This document shows, one piece after another, positions 19,307 to 28,431 of a DNA stretch of 39,619 bases; the stretch's first letter is position 1, and each line of letters starts with the position of its first letter. Made by a program: the position numbers and the translations under genes. The notes beneath the pieces are model-generated. The model ran no database searches and had not been told where the DNA came from. It saw only the letters and a program-made list of their open reading frames with translations. The DNA lies in the IMG/VR virus record IMGVR_UViG_3300020045_000842, positions 1 to 39,619 of that record; one strand, 5' to 3'. This stretch comes from a virus. Lineage: Duplodnaviria > Caudoviricetes.

Positions 19307-19927
19307 TTAAATTCCATCCAAAGTTTGAACAACAAAAGCAAGCCGAGTTAATGTCAAATTGTCATTAACATTAAACTTTGCAACAAGCCTGATTTTCTCA
19401 CCAGCTTTAATAATGTTGCCGGGATTGTTCAGGTTTGCAATCGGTCCTGAAAAAGATTCTGTAACCGGAGTGCCACCACCACGACCTGCTGCAACACATT
19501 TGAATGTTGATTCGTAAGGTGCTGCGTCAGTACCCACATATACCGCCAAGCTCAAATCTCTATTAGCGGGCCATTCGCCAATCAATGTGCAGTAGATCAT
19601 CGCATGTTCAATATCGCGCTCTGCAATCATTTCACCCAGCACAGTTCCTATAGAAAGCGAGTCTCTTCCTGCCGGAGTAACCAAAGGCCCATCCCAGTTA
19701 GGTATTTTTTGGTATGCCGTTGTTAGCGCAACTACACGGGGGACTATAATTCGCATCGCATAAAGCGAACTCAAATCCAGCAATGATGCAGGCGCATCCG
19801 AATTCACGAACGTTTTGATTGCCGCCATTGACGCTTTGCGTGCGTCACCTTCTGATGACGAATAAATAGGCACTTGATCAGAAGATGCAACCGACGAAAC
19901 CGCTGAAAGTCTGTTAATTTCGGACAT
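19307..19927 (-). CDS. Hypothetical virion protein
   Basis: GAGG RBS; directly after the gp4-like gene; N-terminal INRLS...GDARKAS. Confidence 0.65.
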   Translation of the reverse strand: MSEINRLSAVSSVASSDQVPIYSSSEGDARKASMAAIKTFVNSDAPASLLDLSSLYAMRIIVPRVVALTTAYQKIPNWDGPLVTPAGRDSLSIGTVLGEMIAERDIEHAMIYCTLIGEWPANRDLSLAVYVGTDAAPYESTFKCVAAGRGGGTPVTESFSGPIANLNNPGNIIKAGEKIRLVAKFNVNDNLTLTRLAFVVQTLDGI

Positions 19928-19935
19928 AAAAACCT

Positions 19936-20418
19936 CTACGTGAATTCAATTACATCATCATTTCCGGCTTGCAACGGATCAACCGGATTATTCAAAAATG
20001 CGCGGTTTTGTGACTGATTAAGCTTGTTGCCAGCGCCAGCCGGAACGCCTGATGGAAACTGCATCTGAATTGGCTGCGAGATTTGAATCAACAGCGAATC
20101 AAGCGCACGTTTCGCGGCTTGCTTTGTTTCAACAGAAACTTGTTTCCCAAATCTTGGAGCAAGTCGCAAACCGAGATTTAGATAAATCGCTTCATTGGCC
20201 GAGTCAGGTACATTTGTGGGGTCTGATTCGTTGCTTGTATTTGGCGAACCAGGAAGCGGATAGCCCAAGCGAATGCCGCGAGCATTCCAAGCAGCAATCA
20301 TCGAATCAAGCGAACGCAGCGCGGATTGAATCTGCTCCGGTTCAAGGTCATAGACATAACCAGCAAGCCCGATTTCCTCGAACGCTTGATTGATAAATTC
20401 TCGCTTAGTCCATGCCAT
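19936..20418 (-). CDS. Head-tail adaptor (P22 gp4-like)
   Basis: 160 aa; WTKREFINQAFEEIG, ALRSLDSMIAAW and PAGAGN typical of the gp4 family. Confidence 0.85.
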   Translation of the reverse strand: MAWTKREFINQAFEEIGLAGYVYDLEPEQIQSALRSLDSMIAAWNARGIRLGYPLPGSPNTSNESDPTNVPDSANEAIYLNLGLRLAPRFGKQVSVETKQAAKRALDSLLIQISQPIQMQFPSGVPAGAGNKLNQSQNRAFLNNPVDPLQAGNDDVIEFT

Positions 20419-20420
20419 GA

Positions 20421-20645
20421 CTATTTGACCCAGTTGGAAGCAGGCTTAATGCTTGTTTTAAGCGTCTTGACTGGCTTTTCAGCAGCGGCTTTGACCTCTG
20501 GCACATTATTGACGCTTACAGCGCCTTGTAGCGCGTCAGGAACGGTTTCAAACCAGCCTGATAAAACAGCGCTTTCAAGTTCGTCTTGATCTTCGACAAG
20601 CAAATGAACGCTTTCGCTTTTATAAACAAGTCTTGGAAATTTCAT
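20421..20645 (-). CDS. Small hypothetical protein
   Basis: AAGGAG upstream of ATG 20645 (MKFPRLVYK...GWFET). Confidence 0.65.
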   Translation of the reverse strand: MKFPRLVYKSESVHLLVEDQDELESAVLSGWFETVPDALQGAVSVNNVPEVKAAAEKPVKTLKTSIKPASNWVK

Positions 20646-20664
20646 TTTTAAAACGCTCCTTGAA

Positions 20665-20690
20665 ATTACGCCGGAATTAACCGGCGTAAT
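20665..20690 (-). terminator. Intergenic hairpin, possible weak terminator
   Basis: Minus strand ATTACGCCGG-TTAATT-CCGGCGTAAT; short T tract. Confidence 0.5.
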
Positions 20691-20700
20691 CAGTTGAAGT

Positions 20701-21303
20701 TTAGGCAATGCGGTAAGTAACGTAAGTTGCAGCCGCAGTCTTGCGAGTACGGAAGCGGCCTGACGTAACCGTAGCCACAACAGCAGCTCCCACAATTGTG
20801 TGCCCAGCAGCAGCCGTGACTGTAAAGGCGTTCGCACCGGTTGCGATAACCGACCAGTCAAAAGAATCACCAATTGCCAGCGATTCATCAGCCGCATCCA
20901 TCACAGTACCCGTTGGAACCGTACCGGCAACAGCCGCCGCAGTGGTCGAAGTAACAACACCCGAAAGCATCATTGCGGCAGTTAGTGCACCGGTGGCGTT
21001 CAAAACACCCGGTGTTCCTTGCAACACAGAAAAACCACCACTTGCAACAACAGGCGAAACACCGGTTGCATACTGAGCACCAGCCGCGCCAGCATCAATG
21101 ACGATGGTTGCGCCAGCCGCGTACGGGCCAAAGACAGTTTCACCATTCAAAACCGTGCCAAGCAATGAAACGGTTTCGGGGTGATTTGGATAACCGAGAA
21201 CGCGGCTTACTTTAGCTTCGCCGCGAGAAAATACAGCAATGCTTTCGGCAGCAGCTAGAACAACTTCAGTCTTACCGTTTGCATAAACAATGATTCCAGG
21301 CAT
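20701..21303 (-). CDS. Probable capsid decoration / minor head protein
   Basis: Ala/Thr/Gly/Val-rich protein immediately downstream of the coat gene, with coat-like codon usage. Function inferred from position. Confidence 0.55.
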   Translation of the reverse strand: MPGIIVYANGKTEVVLAAAESIAVFSRGEAKVSRVLGYPNHPETVSLLGTVLNGETVFGPYAAGATIVIDAGAAGAQYATGVSPVVASGGFSVLQGTPGVLNATGALTAAMMLSGVVTSTTAAAVAGTVPTGTVMDAADESLAIGDSFDWSVIATGANAFTVTAAAGHTIVGAAVVATVTSGRFRTRKTAAATYVTYRIA

Positions 21304-21328
21304 GATAATTCCTTTCAAAATTCGTTTG

Positions 21329-21355
21329 AAAAACAGGGGCTTTTACACCCCTGTT
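21329..21355 (-). terminator. Rho-independent terminator after the coat gene
   Basis: Minus strand AACAGGGG-TGTAAAAG-CCCCTGTT followed by TTT. Confidence 0.75.
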
Positions 21356-21360
21356 AATTG

Positions 21361-22722
21361 TTAGGTTTGCGAGAACATCATCAAACCAGTCATTTCGGGC
21401 TGTTTATTCACAACGCCGAACATGGTGTCAAGACGATATTTTGTCTTCATGGTGTTGATGTCATATTGTTTCTGGAACACCAATTCAATACCCTGTTCAG
21501 TTGTTGCGCGCATGATTGCCGCGCCTGCATCATTCGGAACAGCATAACGGCCAGGAAGCAACTCAATTGCGTCTTTGTGCCAGAACGGGTTAATCGAACC
21601 TGCAACCGTATTCAGGAAGACAAGCGCGGAGTTTGCCGCCGCAGTATTCACAACGCAGTTTTGATAAACGATTTCCGCATCCGTACCACCTTGCGCCGTA
21701 ATCATTGGAGGCGAAATAACCATCGTAGTACCAGAAGCAACCGAGATAACACGGAAGGTCTTCAACTGGCCTGTATCGCCCTTGGTGATGTGATGCACTG
21801 CATTGACCGCTGCAACCGTGAAGGCATCGCCAGCCGCAACGTTTGCGGTAGTAGAAACCGTGATGGTTTGGTAGCGGTTGTCAACGTTTCCAACTTCACC
21901 GGTGGTTGCCGTGGAAGTTGCAGCAGGCGTGTAAAAGTTTGCACCAGCAACAAGCGTACTCATCGTGATACCAGCACCGCCAGCAGCAGCAGCTTGACGA
22001 TTTGCATAGTCAAGTTTGTAAGTTTCAAAACTGGCTACCGTGCCCACATAAGCTTTTTCGTAAGCGGTGAGCGGCTTGCCCTGCATCGTCTGACGGCTTG
22101 CCAAGTTTGACGCCATGCCGTTGTAATCGCGGGTACTCAGTGCGAGGTAACGGTCAAACTGCGCCACGCCCTGCTCGTTGAAAATTGCTTCGCACTGTGC
22201 AACATCATCGAAACCGGAAGCAGCAGCCGAGCGCTTGACAAACAGTGTTCCTTGCAGCGAAGCAACGTTCATAACAGCAACGTTAATGTCACTGGCAAGC
22301 TTTTGTTTGGCAGCAGCGCCCAGGCGTTTTTCTTGAAGTGCATCGCGCAAGTCAGTTGCGGTCATAATCCACGGCGAAGACTTTGTATAACCAATGGTTG
22401 CCGGAACGCTCAATTGAGTAGCTTCGTTGAAATTAGCAGTTTGGTCTGTACCATCAAACGATTGAGCGATATAGGGCATCGGTCGCCAGAGCGTGTTACC
22501 TGCTCGCTCCATCATCGTTTGATCGGTGTTGAACGTGGAAATGTTGCGCGAAAGTACAAGCGCATCCTCAAAGCCTTCAAGAATATCCTCGAAAGCTACA
22601 CGCTCTTCTTTGCTGAATTGATTGATGCCGAGAATAAGACCGTTGCGCCGCATGTGGGCAGTCAACAACGGCTCGATGAACCACGCAAGCGCGGCCAGAA
22701 TGTGCAAAATAACACGTTTCAT
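21361..22722 (-). CDS. Major capsid protein (P22 coat gp5 family)
   Basis: NQFSKEERVAFE, WRPMPY, AAKQKLASDIN and FWHKDAIELLPGR motifs; TAGGAG RBS upstream of ATG 22722. Confidence 0.93.
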   Translation of the reverse strand: MKRVILHILAALAWFIEPLLTAHMRRNGLILGINQFSKEERVAFEDILEGFEDALVLSRNISTFNTDQTMMERAGNTLWRPMPYIAQSFDGTDQTANFNEATQLSVPATIGYTKSSPWIMTATDLRDALQEKRLGAAAKQKLASDINVAVMNVASLQGTLFVKRSAAASGFDDVAQCEAIFNEQGVAQFDRYLALSTRDYNGMASNLASRQTMQGKPLTAYEKAYVGTVASFETYKLDYANRQAAAAGGAGITMSTLVAGANFYTPAATSTATTGEVGNVDNRYQTITVSTTANVAAGDAFTVAAVNAVHHITKGDTGQLKTFRVISVASGTTMVISPPMITAQGGTDAEIVYQNCVVNTAAANSALVFLNTVAGSINPFWHKDAIELLPGRYAVPNDAGAAIMRATTEQGIELVFQKQYDINTMKTKYRLDTMFGVVNKQPEMTGLMMFSQT

Positions 22723-22778
22723 TTGAAATGCTCCTAAATTGAATGAGAAAAAGTTTTAGCGTTTCCGCTTCGTTTCGA

Positions 22779-22806
22779 CTCATCCAATTTAGGCTGGATG
22801 GCTACC
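22779..22806 (-). promoter_or_regulatory. Structured RNA motif in the coat gene leader (copy 2)
   Basis: Minus strand GGTAGC-CATCCA-GCCTAAAT-TGGATG-AG; same architecture as 23801-23832. Confidence 0.55.
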
Positions 22807-22865
22807 AGTTTGAAACCTGCTGATTTTGTGAAGGTTAGCGAAACCTTGATGAAAACATTATAGAA

Positions 22866-23783
22866 CTATTTTTGTTTAGCTTTCAACTGTTTTTTGTAAG
22901 CGAGAACTTTTGACATATCGCCAGTTTTTTCAGAATCACGGCGAAGACGTTCAAGAGTTGAATCAACAGACCCGGAAATTGCAGCGCTTCCGCGAGAAAC
23001 TTCCTTTTCAGGCGGCGGCGGGGTTTTGCGATTAGTAACTTTCAATTGATTCTCCAATTTGGAAACGGCGAAAGCAAACTTAACAGGATCAACAATTGCT
23101 GCAAGTTCTTTTGCCTTCTTTGGGTTTTTGCCGAGTGCATAAACAACAAGCGCCGAATTTTCACAACCTTGCAACATTATGCCTTGCTGAACGACTGAGA
23201 GTGTGCCCTTTACTGTTTCTTCAGCTTCATAAAAATCTTTTACTTTCAATTCCTTCTTTGCATTGCCATATGTTTGCAAAGTTGCCTGCCAAGCTTCGTT
23301 AATCGCTTGAATCTCAGCTTTGCGTCGGTTCTCTGCGCTTTCGGCTTCTTGCTTCTTGGCTTGCCAGGACAGCAATTCGGTTTCAAACTTGTCAGCGTCA
23401 TAGTCGCACGCTTCAAGGGTAGGCTTCACGCCAAGTGAAACCGGCTTCTGTTCAGGCTGCGAGGCTGCAAGCTTTTCTTGCAATTCTCGATTATGCTTTT
23501 GTAATTCACGATGCGACTTGCGCAAATCACGCACCCACTCGGGCGCTTTTGTTTCGTCAATTTCTTCTGCCTTTTCACCGGCAATGGAAACTGTTATTTC
23601 TTCGGCGGTTTCTTCGCCTTCTTGCAAATCTTCGTTTTCATTTTCATCCCCTTCTGTTTCGTTTTCTTGAGAATCTTCAACAACTTCGTCAAAGCCTCCG
23701 TTTGTTTCATCAACTACACCAAATTTAAGAAAAGCAACTGCAAAAAGCATTTTGAACAACTTGGAAACAATTCCATATTTCAT
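22866..23783 (-). CDS. Scaffolding protein (P22 gp8-like)
   Basis: Acidic N-terminus, coiled coils, KPTLEACDYD, VYALGKNP and C-terminal helix-turn-helix GDMSKVLAYKKQ; lies upstream of the coat gene. Confidence 0.88.
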   Translation of the reverse strand: MKYGIVSKLFKMLFAVAFLKFGVVDETNGGFDEVVEDSQENETEGDENENEDLQEGEETAEEITVSIAGEKAEEIDETKAPEWVRDLRKSHRELQKHNRELQEKLAASQPEQKPVSLGVKPTLEACDYDADKFETELLSWQAKKQEAESAENRRKAEIQAINEAWQATLQTYGNAKKELKVKDFYEAEETVKGTLSVVQQGIMLQGCENSALVVYALGKNPKKAKELAAIVDPVKFAFAVSKLENQLKVTNRKTPPPPEKEVSRGSAAISGSVDSTLERLRRDSEKTGDMSKVLAYKKQLKAKQK

Positions 23784-23800
23784 TTGCAAAACTCCTAAAA

Positions 23801-23832
23801 CTCAACTGTTTAAAATAGGCCAGTTGGTAGCC
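23801..23832 (-). promoter_or_regulatory. Structured RNA motif abutting the scaffold RBS (copy 1)
   Basis: Minus strand GGCTAC-CAACTG-GCCTATTTTAAA-CAGTTG-AG, then TTTT-AGGAG. Confidence 0.55.
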
Positions 23833-23845
23833 TTTATTTATTCGA

Positions 23846-24607
23846 TTATGACTCAGAATAAGACGCACCACCATAAGGGCTGTAATTAGCGTTTCCGCTA
23901 GACGAATAACCCGCTCCGGTTCCCCATCCTTGACCACTAGAACTGCCTGAAGCTTGATTGAGCATTGACTGATAATACTGATTCTCAAGTGATGGATCAA
24001 CTCTTGTTTCAACGGGTGCAGGCTGCTGCGTGTAAGGGTCAATGCCTTCGCCTATACCTTGCTTGCCCCAAAATCCACCTTGAAACCCAGGCGTACCGGC
24101 ATAACCGCCGTTCATTTCACTAATGCCTTGTGCTGGATTAAAGCCGAATGCCCTTGCAACGTTATAAACACCGGAACCAACAGGCCCAAAAGCAGCGCCA
24201 ACTAATTGACCAATTCCAATATTGGTTGCGTCATTTGTTCGCTCCGGTCCCAATCCTTGCATCAGACTTGACAGCAAACTCTCGCCTATTCCCGCTCTCA
24301 TGCTTCGCTCTGAAACTGGCACAGTATCTCTGTTTGAAGTTTTCAAACCAAACCCTTCGCCAATGCTGCCAGAGTCTTTCACAACAGGCTGTTGTGTTGG
24401 TTGTTGAGTGCTCAAACCGAACTGTAACCCCACATTGCCGCTTGACGAACTTGAGCCGGGTTGCACGGTTTGTTGTTGTTTGCCAGCTTGCAAACGCTTC
24501 AAACGCTCTTGCTCAAGCGGATCAACATAAGGGCTTGTCGCAGGAACCGGAGGGGCTTCTGTTATGCCGCCGTATTTCGCCATTGCTTCATCAAGCCAGC
24601 TTGCCAT
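23846..24607 (-). CDS. Hypothetical G/S/Q-rich protein between portal and scaffold
   Basis: GGAGG upstream of ATG 24607; 253 aa, low complexity. Confidence 0.7.
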   Translation of the reverse strand: MASWLDEAMAKYGGITEAPPVPATSPYVDPLEQERLKRLQAGKQQQTVQPGSSSSSGNVGLQFGLSTQQPTQQPVVKDSGSIGEGFGLKTSNRDTVPVSERSMRAGIGESLLSSLMQGLGPERTNDATNIGIGQLVGAAFGPVGSGVYNVARAFGFNPAQGISEMNGGYAGTPGFQGGFWGKQGIGEGIDPYTQQPAPVETRVDPSLENQYYQSMLNQASGSSSGQGWGTGAGYSSSGNANYSPYGGASYSES

Positions 24608-24608
24608 G

Positions 24609-26645
24609 TTAAAACCCTCCGTCAATCATTGATACAGTTTTCATAATCTGGTCAATCTTTTCACTTTGAATTTCGCTTGCAATCTTAGCAACATTAGCTT
24701 CTGACTCTTTTGCTTTTGCAAGTGAAAGTTGTGTATCGGCTTGCGCTTTCATACCCTTTGCTTCAGCTTCTTTTGCCGATGCTTCAAGGAATAGCGTATT
24801 TGCATCAGGTTTTTGATTCTGTTGCTCTTGTTGCAATTGAGCGGCTTCTTCCTTCGTTGGTTTAACAACGCCCATTCTAATCAATTTCTGTCTGAAGAAG
24901 TCGCGTACTTCGCCAATGCCTTCACCTTCCATATTCATCATCGACATAGCGCCAAGCACTTGAATAGTTTCAGGGTCTTGCGTAATCTGCATCATACCGG
25001 TTAAACCCCGCACGGTTGCCGCTCGTTTGCTTGCGGAAGTAGGCCCGACCTCTACCTTAACGTCAAATCTAGCCTTGCTTAAATCATTTTCATACTCAAC
25101 TTTGCCGGTTTCTTCGTTAGCAATAGGCCTCGAAAGTTCTACATTTGACACTTCGCCAGCTTCGTTTATTGTCTTCATCTTCCGGCCTTCTTCAACCAGA
25201 ATATCTTTAGACATACTTAGCCAAATTTGTGCGGAACGCCTAACCGCTTTTTTGAAATTTGACATATAGATAAACGTCTGCATGTCAAGCTTGTTTTGAA
25301 TAAGTTCGATTGCAACGCCACTTACATTCGGCTGAACCTGTTCGCCTGCCTGCTGATTGCCAAGCAAATCTTGCATATCCGTTTCTGTAATCTGCAACAG
25401 CGCGGCCATAGCTGGCGACAACTGAGGCGGCTTTGTGTAAGCAACCGGCCCGGCTGCGATGACGTTACCGTTCTCGTCATATGTCGGATTGATAAGCAGA
25501 TACGGATTGTTTTTAATGTTGTCTTCAGCCCATAGCAAATTATGACCGGCCATCTGCTCAGGCGTGAAAATTGGTTTTTCATATGACGACATTGCGGCCT
25601 GTTCACCAAGCTTTGACAGTTGCATGTTCTTCAACATTTGCGCATCTTTTGCCAAGCGCACATGACCCATGCAGCGTTCGATGTTATCGACAAACCAGCG
25701 CTTCCCATATGTGGGCACAATCGGAATATGACGACCTGCAATAATTCCGCAATCTTCAAGCACTTCCTGACCGTCAATGATGTACTTATGCACTTGACAA
25801 ACTTTTACTTTCTTTTCGCCAGTCTTTTTAAATCCTGTCGCCGTTAAAGTCTTTAATTTTTCTTCATCTTCTTTAAATTCTTCTTCATCAACATTTATGA
25901 CTTCATCATTCAATCCGGTAAATTCAAATACTGTTTTCTTTCCTTTTTCTTTTTTGTAATACTCTGCTTTAAAAACTACGTCCGGAGTAGTCCAGTCAAA
26001 TTCAGTTTGATGAATTGTCTTGTCAAGCGAAGAAGGGTTTTTATCATACTCCGCTTTAAAAGCTTCTGGTGTCATTGCTGTTAAAACATAACAGCTTTTC
26101 GCGTCTGATTTATCCTGACGTTTTGCATCAAGATTGAAAAACACGCATGAATCAGCATCAAAAATAGGCTCAATTCTAATTCTTTGTTTTTCTTCTTCCT
26201 CATCATAATCATCATCGTCATCTTCTTCAACGCAAGCACGCAAACGCCAAGCGCCAAAGCCACCGCCTACCGCTTCCTCAAATGCGTTGTCATAAGCTTC
26301 TTCCGCCGTACTGTCTTCTTCGTCAGCGCGATATAGACCGCTGCAAGCATCTGCGAGTTTATCTCCTTCGCTTCCATCTTTCGGAATAAACGTAACACTT
26401 ACGCGATTGTTTCGGTATTCGTTAATAATTCGAATAACAGCCAAGTGAATTTTATTAACTTCAAACTTTGGCTTGTTTTCGAATTGTTCGCCGAGCGAAC
26501 CTTCCCATTGAGCGCCAGCGATTGAATAAAATCGTCTATCTTTCAAACACTGCAAGCGCTCGTCACGAACAGCGGATTGAATAGCATCGAATTCAATCAT
26601 TGCTTCTTGATGAATTTTTTCTAAACGTTTGCTTTTGGTTTTCAT
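24609..26645 (-). CDS. Portal protein (P22 gp1 family)
   Basis: AGAQW, KFEVNKI, AVGGGFGAWR, HIPIVPTYG and GHVRLAKDAQ motifs; C-terminal helical barrel. Confidence 0.93.
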   Translation of the reverse strand: MKTKSKRLEKIHQEAMIEFDAIQSAVRDERLQCLKDRRFYSIAGAQWEGSLGEQFENKPKFEVNKIHLAVIRIINEYRNNRVSVTFIPKDGSEGDKLADACSGLYRADEEDSTAEEAYDNAFEEAVGGGFGAWRLRACVEEDDDDDYDEEEEKQRIRIEPIFDADSCVFFNLDAKRQDKSDAKSCYVLTAMTPEAFKAEYDKNPSSLDKTIHQTEFDWTTPDVVFKAEYYKKEKGKKTVFEFTGLNDEVINVDEEEFKEDEEKLKTLTATGFKKTGEKKVKVCQVHKYIIDGQEVLEDCGIIAGRHIPIVPTYGKRWFVDNIERCMGHVRLAKDAQMLKNMQLSKLGEQAAMSSYEKPIFTPEQMAGHNLLWAEDNIKNNPYLLINPTYDENGNVIAAGPVAYTKPPQLSPAMAALLQITETDMQDLLGNQQAGEQVQPNVSGVAIELIQNKLDMQTFIYMSNFKKAVRRSAQIWLSMSKDILVEEGRKMKTINEAGEVSNVELSRPIANEETGKVEYENDLSKARFDVKVEVGPTSASKRAATVRGLTGMMQITQDPETIQVLGAMSMMNMEGEGIGEVRDFFRQKLIRMGVVKPTKEEAAQLQQEQQNQKPDANTLFLEASAKEAEAKGMKAQADTQLSLAKAKESEANVAKIASEIQSEKIDQIMKTVSMIDGGF

Positions 26646-26647
26646 AA

Positions 26648-27982
26648 TCAACGCCTTGCGAAATGATTAACTGTCGGTATAACTTTATGAACGATTTGCT
26701 TCTCTTGTTTCTTTGTTGCGCCAGGGAATAGTGCAGTACATGCCCACACTAAAGCATCAGCCCGGTTTGGTGATTTGTCACCAATATAGCCGAAAGTTGT
26801 AAATCCTGCCATTTCTTCTTCAAGTTCTGGAAAATTGCCAACATGCCGTATCTTGCCTTCTTCGTAAAGCGCTGCAATCGGATCAGCGCGAACGGCCTTG
26901 CCGCGTGAAGCGCTCACTGGTTGATACGGAGTGCGCGGCCTTGAGGTTTGAATAACCATCTTGACCATTGCACCGCCATAGTTTGTTTCAGCCACTATAG
27001 CGTCAGCGTCGTGTCTGTCGAATGCCGTTGTTGCAACCCGACCCCAAACGCCAGGGCCAGCTTTTACCGTGCAATCCTCAAGAATGTAAATATTGCCATC
27101 GATGCCAAGTCCAGCAACGATAATTCCAATTGCATCATTCGAGCCATTATCCTCATCGTCTGCGCCTGACGGATCAACGGCAACCACAACGCGAATTAGT
27201 TCAGGCTTAACGCCATCAAGCACTCGCCATTTGTCAATCGTTTCATCAGCAAACAATTGATTCGGGTTAGCATCTGCAAACTCGCCCTCAAGAAAGCGTT
27301 TCTTTAATCGTGACGAAAGATCATTCAAAGTATCGAGATAGCCCGCAACTAGATTTTCTTCGTTGTCTTTCGGATTCATCTTGAAACAGCAATACTTTTC
27401 AGGATTCGGCAAAAGCTTCTTTGTTTCAGGATCAACCTTTTTGACGAATAGCAAATAAGTCCAGTGCAGTTTATTCGGCGGGTTGCAGTCAAAATACATT
27501 CGAATTTGTAGCGGCGAATCGTCGCGATTCTGTATCGACATATTCACCTGTTGAGCAAGCCGGGTTATCACCATGCCGACTGCTTCCCAACTTATTTGAC
27601 TGCATTCATTCAAATAAATTGTTGCGTATTCGTTACCTAGAATCTTTTCAGTTCGCTTCTTGTCGTCCAATCCACCAAACCATATCTCACTACCATTGGC
27701 AAATGTTACAAACCAATCCGTTTTATTCAAAGTCCATTCAGTATCAGGAAAAGCAAGCTGCATTACCTTTGGGAAAGTATCGAAGATGATTGCAGACTTA
27801 ATATGATTGAATCGAAAGCGTAAAATGCAATGACGACTTCCAGGCGCTTTCAATGCACGAAATACGATATTACGAACGAGTAGAAAGGTTTTGCCTGAAC
27901 GAGAACCGCCAAACAGCATGCAATAGAGTGACAGCCCTGCGAGGATGACTTGAGCCTCAAGCTGTTTAAGCGTCAGCTTCAA
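26648..27982 (-). CDS. Terminase large subunit
   Basis: GGSRSGKT Walker A, YLNE Walker B, DCNP coupling motif; nuclease VAVDPS and SPNRADA. Confidence 0.93.
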   Translation of the reverse strand: MKLTLKQLEAQVILAGLSLYCMLFGGSRSGKTFLLVRNIVFRALKAPGSRHCILRFRFNHIKSAIIFDTFPKVMQLAFPDTEWTLNKTDWFVTFANGSEIWFGGLDDKKRTEKILGNEYATIYLNECSQISWEAVGMVITRLAQQVNMSIQNRDDSPLQIRMYFDCNPPNKLHWTYLLFVKKVDPETKKLLPNPEKYCCFKMNPKDNEENLVAGYLDTLNDLSSRLKKRFLEGEFADANPNQLFADETIDKWRVLDGVKPELIRVVVAVDPSGADDEDNGSNDAIGIIVAGLGIDGNIYILEDCTVKAGPGVWGRVATTAFDRHDADAIVAETNYGGAMVKMVIQTSRPRTPYQPVSASRGKAVRADPIAALYEEGKIRHVGNFPELEEEMAGFTTFGYIGDKSPNRADALVWACTALFPGATKKQEKQIVHKVIPTVNHFARR

Positions 27983-28404
27983 AGCATTTCGTCCAAAGGG
28001 CTTGCGATAATCGGAGTAGGTAGTTTTGTTTTGCTATCGTCTTTTTGAATCTTCGGCACAAAGTCCATTATCTCAGCATACAGCCGTGTGAGTTTCACGA
28101 ATTCGTCATGTGAAGTTCTGAAGTTTTGACCGTGAGCACGTTCCCATAACGACCGAGCTAAATCAGCCTTTGACGGCAAAAAAGCAAGTTCGCCTTGTTC
28201 TTCTTTTAATCGGGAAGTTTCGGATAATACAAATGAATCCACAGGCCAATGAGTTGCGACATAAAGCGCTTTGCCCGTATCGTTACCAAAAACCGCAAGC
28301 GCTGCTTTAAACGGCTCCGTTGGAGTTTTTAAAAGCTCAGCAGCGAACGCGGATTTATGTTCCGTTTCGTCCGGTTTTATTTTGCTTATCCATTTGTCAG
28401 TCAT
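27979..28404 (-). CDS. Probable terminase small subunit
   Basis: 141 aa helical protein overlapping the TerL start; assigned by position. Confidence 0.55.
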   Translation of the reverse strand: MTDKWISKIKPDETEHKSAFAAELLKTPTEPFKAALAVFGNDTGKALYVATHWPVDSFVLSETSRLKEEQGELAFLPSKADLARSLWERAHGQNFRTSHDEFVKLTRLYAEIMDFVPKIQKDDSKTKLPTPIIASPLDEML

Positions 28405-28431
28405 TACTAAATGTTAAGTGATTTAGTAGTT

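Noticed and set aside
21358-22110. 250-aa plus-strand ORF and other long antisense ORFs (1272-1877, 5902-6573)
   Set aside because: They shadow well-supported genes with biased codon usage and show no motifs or RBS.
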